From positions 450,001 through 482,000 of the forward strand of contig NZ_CP065936.1 of assembly GCF_003367075.2 (NCBI RefSeq): a stretch of 32,000 nt of DNA. The letters run 5' to 3'. Positions 26,850 to 32,000 of this stretch are shown here, piece by piece (position 1 is the stretch's first letter; every line of letters begins with the position of its first letter). Under the pieces are notes generated by a model that searched no databases, was not told the origin of the DNA, and worked only from the letters and a program-made list of their open reading frames with translations. A program made the translations under genes and the position numbers. The stretch is from Cylindrospermopsis raciborskii Cr2010. Its GTDB lineage: Bacteria; Cyanobacteriota; Cyanobacteriia; Cyanobacteriales; Nostocaceae.

Positions 26850-27770
26850 CTAGTCTAATAACTCTTCTAAGTCCTTCAGGAGTTTTTCTAGTTTCTTAGT
26901 TTTCTTGACATCCTCCCAGACCTTAGTATTCTTTAACCTTTTGGCGATAGCGGTGTATCTTGTTCTCAAACTTTCTTCAATAGTAGTTTCTGCTGATTTC
27001 GAGATCTTGAGTAACTGCTTAATTTCATTAAGTGACAAATTGTCACTTATAGCTTTATTGATTAGTTCGTTACGTTTACCTTCATCCTTAACTTGGGCTA
27101 TGACCCTAGCTTTAGTGTATTGAAGTTTTCCCTGACGTAATACATCTAGTAAATCACCAGGTAAATTCAACAGTGGTAAACGGCTAGTCCTGAAACTTTC
27201 AGCACTAAACTTTCCAATCGTAGAAAAGACCTTCTCTATGGTTTCTATCTGACGGAAAACGTTTTCCGTCAATTCCAAGTTACGTCTTTTGTTATTAGCA
27301 GCTTGGTTAAGAATTGAGATAATGTCACTAGGCGCTACATCAAGTTGAATGCCAAGCAATTCCAGAATTCCCTCAGTTTCTTCCAGGGGGCTGAGATCTT
27401 CCCGCTGTAAGTTTTCTAGTAAAGTGATTTGCGACCTTTGAATATCAGATAGATCTTTTGAGATAATCGGGACTTCTTTTAAACCTATTATTTGAGCTGC
27501 TCTGAGTCGGCGTTCACCAGCCACCAATTCGTATTCGCCAGAAACTCCAGAAAAAGGACGCACTAATAAAGGTTGTAAAATACCGTGTTCTTGAATTGAT
27601 TGTGCTAAATGATTTAGTTTTTCAACATCAAAATAACGACGCGCTTGCTTGGCAGGTAATCTGATTTTATCAATACTAATGGTAGTGGTTGGAGATTCCA
27701 CATCCATGTTTATGCTTAATAAATCTTGTATGCCACGCATTCTTGGGAGTTCGAGAGTTTTTTTGACCAT
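26850..27770 (-). CDS. parB: ParB/Spo0J-family partition protein
   Basis: 'ISIDKIRLPAKQARRYFDVEKLNHLAQSIQEHGILQPLLVRPF', 'YELVAGERRLRAAQIIG' and 'LLENLQREDLSPLEETEGI'. TAATG overlap with parA. Confidence 0.9.
   Translation of the reverse strand: MVKKTLELPRMRGIQDLLSINMDVESPTTTISIDKIRLPAKQARRYFDVEKLNHLAQSIQEHGILQPLLVRPFSGVSGEYELVAGERRLRAAQIIGLKEVPIISKDLSDIQRSQITLLENLQREDLSPLEETEGILELLGIQLDVAPSDIISILNQAANNKRRNLELTENVFRQIETIEKVFSTIGKFSAESFRTSRLPLLNLPGDLLDVLRQGKLQYTKARVIAQVKDEGKRNELINKAISDNLSLNEIKQLLKISKSAETTIEESLRTRYTAIAKRLKNTKVWEDVKKTKKLEKLLKDLEELLD
27250..27271. promoter_or_regulatory. 22-bp perfect palindrome inside parB (putative parS)
   Basis: TGACGGAAAACGTTTTCCGTCA. Confidence 0.65.
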
Positions 27771-28516
27771 TAGAGTTTTTCCATACCCTTCGCTATCTCT
27801 TTCAGTACCGTCAGCGCCTGATGTTTTGGGTCATACACGGCTAATGGTTGACTATTCATTGCCGCATCTGCAAAAGCTGTGGCGCGGGGGATTTTTGGAT
27901 ATACCTTCCCCAACATTGATAACTGCCGCTCTAAACCATCCAGTATTACCTTATCTTGGTTCGCGTTAACGTATAAGGTTGGCACAAACCCAGCAATATT
28001 CAAGTTTGTATTAATATGTTGTTTTACCTGTTTAATGCTATCCAGTAATAGTTCTGTTCCTTTGTATGCCTTATAATGTGTTTGAACTGGAATTAAGGCA
28101 TAACTAGCAGCAGATAAACCGAGAATACTGAGAATACCGAGGGAAGGGGGGCAGTCAATGAAAATAAAGTCGTAGTTGTGGGAGATAGGTTCCAGGACTT
28201 GTTTTAATCTGGTCTCCCTCGCCATCACACCAGCTAATTGTAATTCTACAGCACTGAGAGTTATATTTGCTGGGGCTAGATCCATACCGTGTAAATTATG
28301 GATTGGTAATTTAGCTCCTGGGTTAAGAAGTGGATTGGAGATGATTTCATTAAGCTCGTGGGGTTGAATCCCCATAAATGTGGTTAGAGATGCTTGTGGG
28401 TCTAGGTCAATGAGTAGGACCTTATATTTTTTTGCCAGATCATAACCCAGGTTCATTGTCAGGGTGGTTTTCATCACCCCACCCGCTTGGTTAAAGACAG
28501 CGATAGTTTTAGTCAT
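27770..28516 (-). CDS. parA: ParA-family partition ATPase
   Basis: 'IAVFNQAGGVMKTTLTMNLGYDLA', 'VLLIDLDPQASLT', 'FDYIFIDCPPSLG'-type motif ('YDFIFIDCPPSLG'). Confidence 0.9.
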   Translation of the reverse strand: MTKTIAVFNQAGGVMKTTLTMNLGYDLAKKYKVLLIDLDPQASLTTFMGIQPHELNEIISNPLLNPGAKLPIHNLHGMDLAPANITLSAVELQLAGVMARETRLKQVLEPISHNYDFIFIDCPPSLGILSILGLSAASYALIPVQTHYKAYKGTELLLDSIKQVKQHINTNLNIAGFVPTLYVNANQDKVILDGLERQLSMLGKVYPKIPRATAFADAAMNSQPLAVYDPKHQALTVLKEIAKGMEKL

Positions 28517-28551
28517 GTTCTCTTTTTAGGGGTCTTGACTAAATTATAACA

Positions 28552-28575
28552 TTGACGGAAAACGTTTTCCGTCAA
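28552..28575. promoter_or_regulatory. 24-bp perfect palindrome 35 bp upstream of parA (putative parS/operator)
   Basis: TTGACGGAAAACGTTTTCCGTCAA. Same 22-bp core as inside parB. Confidence 0.72.
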
Positions 28576-29082
28576 ATAATCTCTGAACTATTTCAATTAC
28601 TTTTCGCTCAATGAGTATCTGATTTTTCTGTTCTGTTTATCAAAACAATTCCCCTGATATCTAACATACACATCCTCATCACAAGTACAGATGCTGAAAA
28701 AATAGAAAAACAAGTTAAACCAGTAGCAACAAGAACACGCTCTTTGTATAAAATTTTTGGGGAAGCGTTGAAGAAAGTTGAGGTGTCTCAATTAATGGAG
28801 TTTCAGGAAGTCCTTCGCAAGAAACAGGCAGAGATTGAAGAATTAATCCAGGAAAAAGCTGTCAAGGATCATAAGGTTTAAAAAGTTGAGGCTCTGTTAG
28901 TGGAGAAATAGACAGGAGAGGTAAGAAAATGCAGAAATACAATTTGAGTTATGGTAGTTACCTTTATATATACTACTAAATAAGACCATAGATAGTTTTA
29001 AAAACCAACACAAAACCAAAAACAAATGCTAAAATTGAGTAGATGAGACTACTTTCCAACCCTGCACCCCCTCTTATCAACC

Positions 29083-29919
29083 GTGCGCCAACCTTTAACC
29101 ACTCCCCTTGCTGGGGAATCCCTCAATCTCCCAGATCACACCCAGCTACCAGACTCTGATGATAATTTCGTGAAGAATTTCCAAGAACACCCACAAAGCA
29201 TAATATTAACCACATCAATTGAACCCTTACTAAAAGAAATCCATCCCAATGGAGACTATTGCATAGGACAAGATAGTGGTATATATTGGCGGTTCACATA
29301 ACTTCCGGAAAAAGGTGTAGAAGCACCAGATTGGTTCTATGTTCCTGGAGTGCCATCCAGACTAAATGGGCAATTGAGAAGGTCCTATGTGCTATGGAAG
29401 GAAAAAGTACCTCCCTTCATAGTGATAGAATTTGCGTCTAAAAATGGGAAGGAGGAAAAAGACAGTTCTCCTCCACCAGAAGGAGATGAAATAGATCCAG
29501 AAACCGGGAAACTAAAAAAAGCGGGGAAGTTTTGGGTGTACGAACAAGCGGTAAAAGTATCATACTATGCTATATTCAATAGTTTTAAAGGTACACTGGA
29601 GGTATATCATTTACAGGGAAAAAGATACAAAGAAATCAAGGCAAACAGGCAAGGACACTATGCCATACAAGAGATGGGCATAGAATTGGGAATACTGTAT
29701 GACAACCAGAACCCACCCACACCGTGGTTAAGATGGTGGGATGAAAAAGGGAGCTTGTTATTGACGAGAAATGAGCGTGCGGAACAAGCAGAAGCTATTG
29801 CTATTCGGGAACGCTTAGCAAAGGAGCAGGCGGAAGCTATTGCTATTCGAGAACGCCAACAAAAAGAAAAACTAGTTGCCTATCTACGTTCCCTTGGTAT
29901 TGACCCAGAGAAAATATAA
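29083..29919 (+). pseudogene. Uma2-family (PD-(D/E)XK) protein gene with one in-frame TAA
   Basis: Same reading frame (29083 and 29350 both frame 1): '...DSGIYWRFT*LPEKGVEAPDWFYVPGVPSRLNGQLRRSYVLWKE...GKFWVYEQAVKVSYYAIF'. TAA at 29299-29301. Confidence 0.78.
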
Positions 29920-30413
29920 AATAAATTCCCAAAAAGACCAAACTATGTAAAGACGAATAGGATAAGTGGGTGAGTGGAATTAAACACAAGATGAACGTAG
30001 GTTGGGTTGAGGAACGAAACCCAACGCCCCCATGGGCATCCTACAAATAATTGTGCCTCCGTACTTGCTAGTAAATGAAAAGCTCCTCACAAGAAAATCG
30101 CCGAAAGGCACGGAAGCCACTTGGCTTTAGACAGGAAGTGCCAACGGCGAATTTATTCGCCTTGATATTTAACCGTGATGCGGATCTTCAATATTGCAGT
30201 GTTGTCTTTATGTTATTTTGTGGCTGCTATTGACAAGTAAGTCTTATCTGAGGCTATACTTTCGGAATAAACTTAAAGTAGCGGTGATGCTAAGAATTAA
30301 TTTTAGCAGAATCAGTACAGGCTGTTTAAACCAGCCTCAGAAAGTTCGTTTATGGACTGTTCAGAAATCTCCGTGTCTTTAGACCGGAGAAGCTTAACTC
30401 GATAATTTGGTTA

Positions 30414-30550
30414 CGGATTTAAGACGAGGTGCTAAACTCAGACGTGCTGACCTCTCTCGTGCTGAGGTGGGAGGTACTAGTTTCAAGAATGCTAAGCTGA
30501 ACCCTGAATGGCAATTTCTCCAACTATACGATACCGGAGAAGCTTAATCT
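30414..30550 (+). other. Pentapeptide-like coding fragment
   Basis: 'NLVTDLRRGAKLRRADLSRAEVGGTSFKNAKLNPEW' read directly, bounded by stops. Confidence 0.3.
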
Positions 30551-30831
30551 TAGTAATTACCCCCCAGTTCCTTCTCAAGGGAAAAACCTGAATGTATTGA
30601 GGGGCGATTGCGCAGCACTCCCTACGGGAGATTGCCAACTACCCGTTATTTTTTGAATTAATCCATACCTGGAGACTGTCTATTGGGGAGACCGGGAATC
30701 AATTTTGGGTCTCAAAGCGAAAGTAGGTTTAAAACCGACTAGTTTTGTGATATTGTAAGTTGAGTTCAATAACTCAACATCCCTAAACAAACTATGTTAT
30801 ATTAAATTAAACCGATTAAGTCAGTACCAAA

Positions 30832-31614
30832 GTGGGAGGTATAGACATGGTGAGGCAAATTGTACCAGAAACTGAACCGGGGGGGATAAAATCTGATAAA
30901 AATCAGCTTGGAGAGACAATCGTCCCTCAAATTGTCTACCCAGAAAGTGATAATAAACCTATGGCGGATAACACTAGACAATTTACATGGATTGTCAAAA
31001 TTAAGGAAAATTTAGAAATACTATTTAAGTCTAACCTAGATGTGTTTGTAGCTGGGGACTTATTTTGGTATCCAGTAGAGGGTAGCAACAAAATTAAACT
31101 AGCTCCCGATACCATGGTGGTGTTTGGGAGACCCAAGGCACACCGGGGGTCTTATCGACAGTGGGAAGAAGATAATATTCCTCCCCAGGTGGTTTTTGAA
31201 ATTTTATCTCCCGGGAATACTCAAGATGAAATGGACAAAAAAAAGCTGTTTTATCTGAAACATGGAGTAGAAGAGTATTATGTGTATGACCCAGATAGAA
31301 TTAGTCTAGAAGTATCTATTAGAGAAAATAATTCATTTAAAGAGATTAAGGATTTTAGTGTTTGGACTAGTCCAAGATTGGATGTACGGTTTGATATGAC
31401 GGGAGATGAATTAGTCATCTATTATCCAGACGGTGGTAGGTTTCTTAGTTCTGTAGAGTTGAGTAATTATGCAGAACAAGAAACCCAACGTGCAGAACGT
31501 GAAAAATTGCTTAAAGAACAAGAAAGATTTCTCAAAGAGCAGGAACAAATAAAGTATCAAACCTTGCTATCACAATTAAAAGCTAAGGGTATTGATATTA
31601 CTGCACTCGAATAA
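30832..31614 (+). CDS. Uma2-family endonuclease-like protein
   Basis: 'VFVAGDLFWYPVEG...LAPDTMVVFG...PPQVVFEILSPGNTQDEMDKKKLFYLKHGVEEYYVYDPD'. Confidence 0.85.
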   Translation: MGGIDMVRQIVPETEPGGIKSDKNQLGETIVPQIVYPESDNKPMADNTRQFTWIVKIKENLEILFKSNLDVFVAGDLFWYPVEGSNKIKLAPDTMVVFGRPKAHRGSYRQWEEDNIPPQVVFEILSPGNTQDEMDKKKLFYLKHGVEEYYVYDPDRISLEVSIRENNSFKEIKDFSVWTSPRLDVRFDMTGDELVIYYPDGGRFLSSVELSNYAEQETQRAEREKLLKEQERFLKEQEQIKYQTLLSQLKAKGIDITALE

Positions 31615-31757
31615 ACTATTACCTGCACCAGAATACCCTTGGAAGGTTTTTAAAAACTGGAGTTTATACTAAAGAGCGCAGCACTCCCTGCAGGAGATCG
31701 TCTCCCTACATCTTCTCAAGGGAAAACTGTGAACCTGCTTACCGGGCGACAAAGTGG

Positions 31758-32000
31758 TCAAACAGCTTGTTTCATAAGGGATAGAGCCTGAAAGCCACGC
31801 TTGAAAAAGAGGCGTTTATGAAGTTTAAGACTAATTAAGCTTAGAGCTAAATCAGCCCATAGTTCCATGCCGTAAATCCATAATTGTCCGTAAACAGCAA
31901 AGCTAAAATCACTCTGACGTGGGTAATTGTCCTGATGTTGTTGAATCCGTCCAGCATAAGTCTCTATCCCTAATTTTTTCATCCGTTGACCGTACGGCCA
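31758..32000 (-). CDS. Transposase C-terminus, 5' part beyond window edge (family not assigned)
   Basis: Frame open to the window end: 'WPYGQRMKKLGIETYAGRIQQHQDNYPRQSDFSFAVYGQLWIYGMELWADLALSLISLKLHKRLFFKRGF'. Recognition is weak. Confidence 0.35.
   Translation of the reverse strand, partial: WPYGQRMKKLGIETYAGRIQQHQDNYPRQSDFSFAVYGQLWIYGMELWADLALSLISLKLHKRLFFKRGFQALSLMKQAV

Noticed and set aside
28597-28791. 64-aa minus-strand ORF near the parA upstream region
   Set aside because: A plus-strand charged peptide ('...KIFGEALKKVEVSQLMEFQEVLRKKQAEIEELIQEKAVKDHKV') is more protein-like there, but it lacks a clear start codon, so neither is called.
30194-30382. 62-aa ORF in the region between Uma2 genes
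   Set aside because: No recognisable domain and it lies in low-information spacer. I considered a TnpB/IS605 end there but could not find protein or end signatures.

Overview
The window looks like cyanobacterial DNA: it is dense in HIP1 (GCGATCGC) sites and its proteins resemble those of filamentous Nostocales. Three zones are visible. (1) 1-12.4 kb is a polysaccharide/heptose locus: a 5'-truncated GHMP heptose kinase, nucleotidyltransferase, SIS isomerase, HAD phosphatase, transaldolase, GT2 glycosyltransferase, polyprenyl glycosylphosphotransferase, galE-like epimerase and a convergent Wzc/BY-kinase-like protein. A non-coding tandem array of exact 359-bp period (6971-8930) sits inside it. 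(2) 12.6-19.5 kb is a rearranged accessory zone. It holds an XRE regulator, three tandem near-identical copies of an Rpn/PD-(D/E)XK-like gene with variable in-frame C-terminal repeats, UPF0175/DUF2442/DUF4160-type small genes, duplicated gene scraps joined at a recurrent HIP1-anchored module, and an IS1-family element abutting an IS5-like transposase remnant. (3) 19.5-32 kb carries a plasmid-type backbone: a large primase/helicase-like replication protein, ParA/ParB with two matching long palindromes (putative parS), a second identical IS1-family copy with an 8-bp target duplication, two Uma2-family genes (one with an in-frame stop) and a transposase fragment. The strongest leads are the variable-tail nuclease-like cluster, the mosaic of gene scraps joined by the HIP1 module, the 359-bp array and the duplicated palindromes, one of them inside parB. 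None of these is proven to be a new system. All product calls come from recognised motifs, not database searches.
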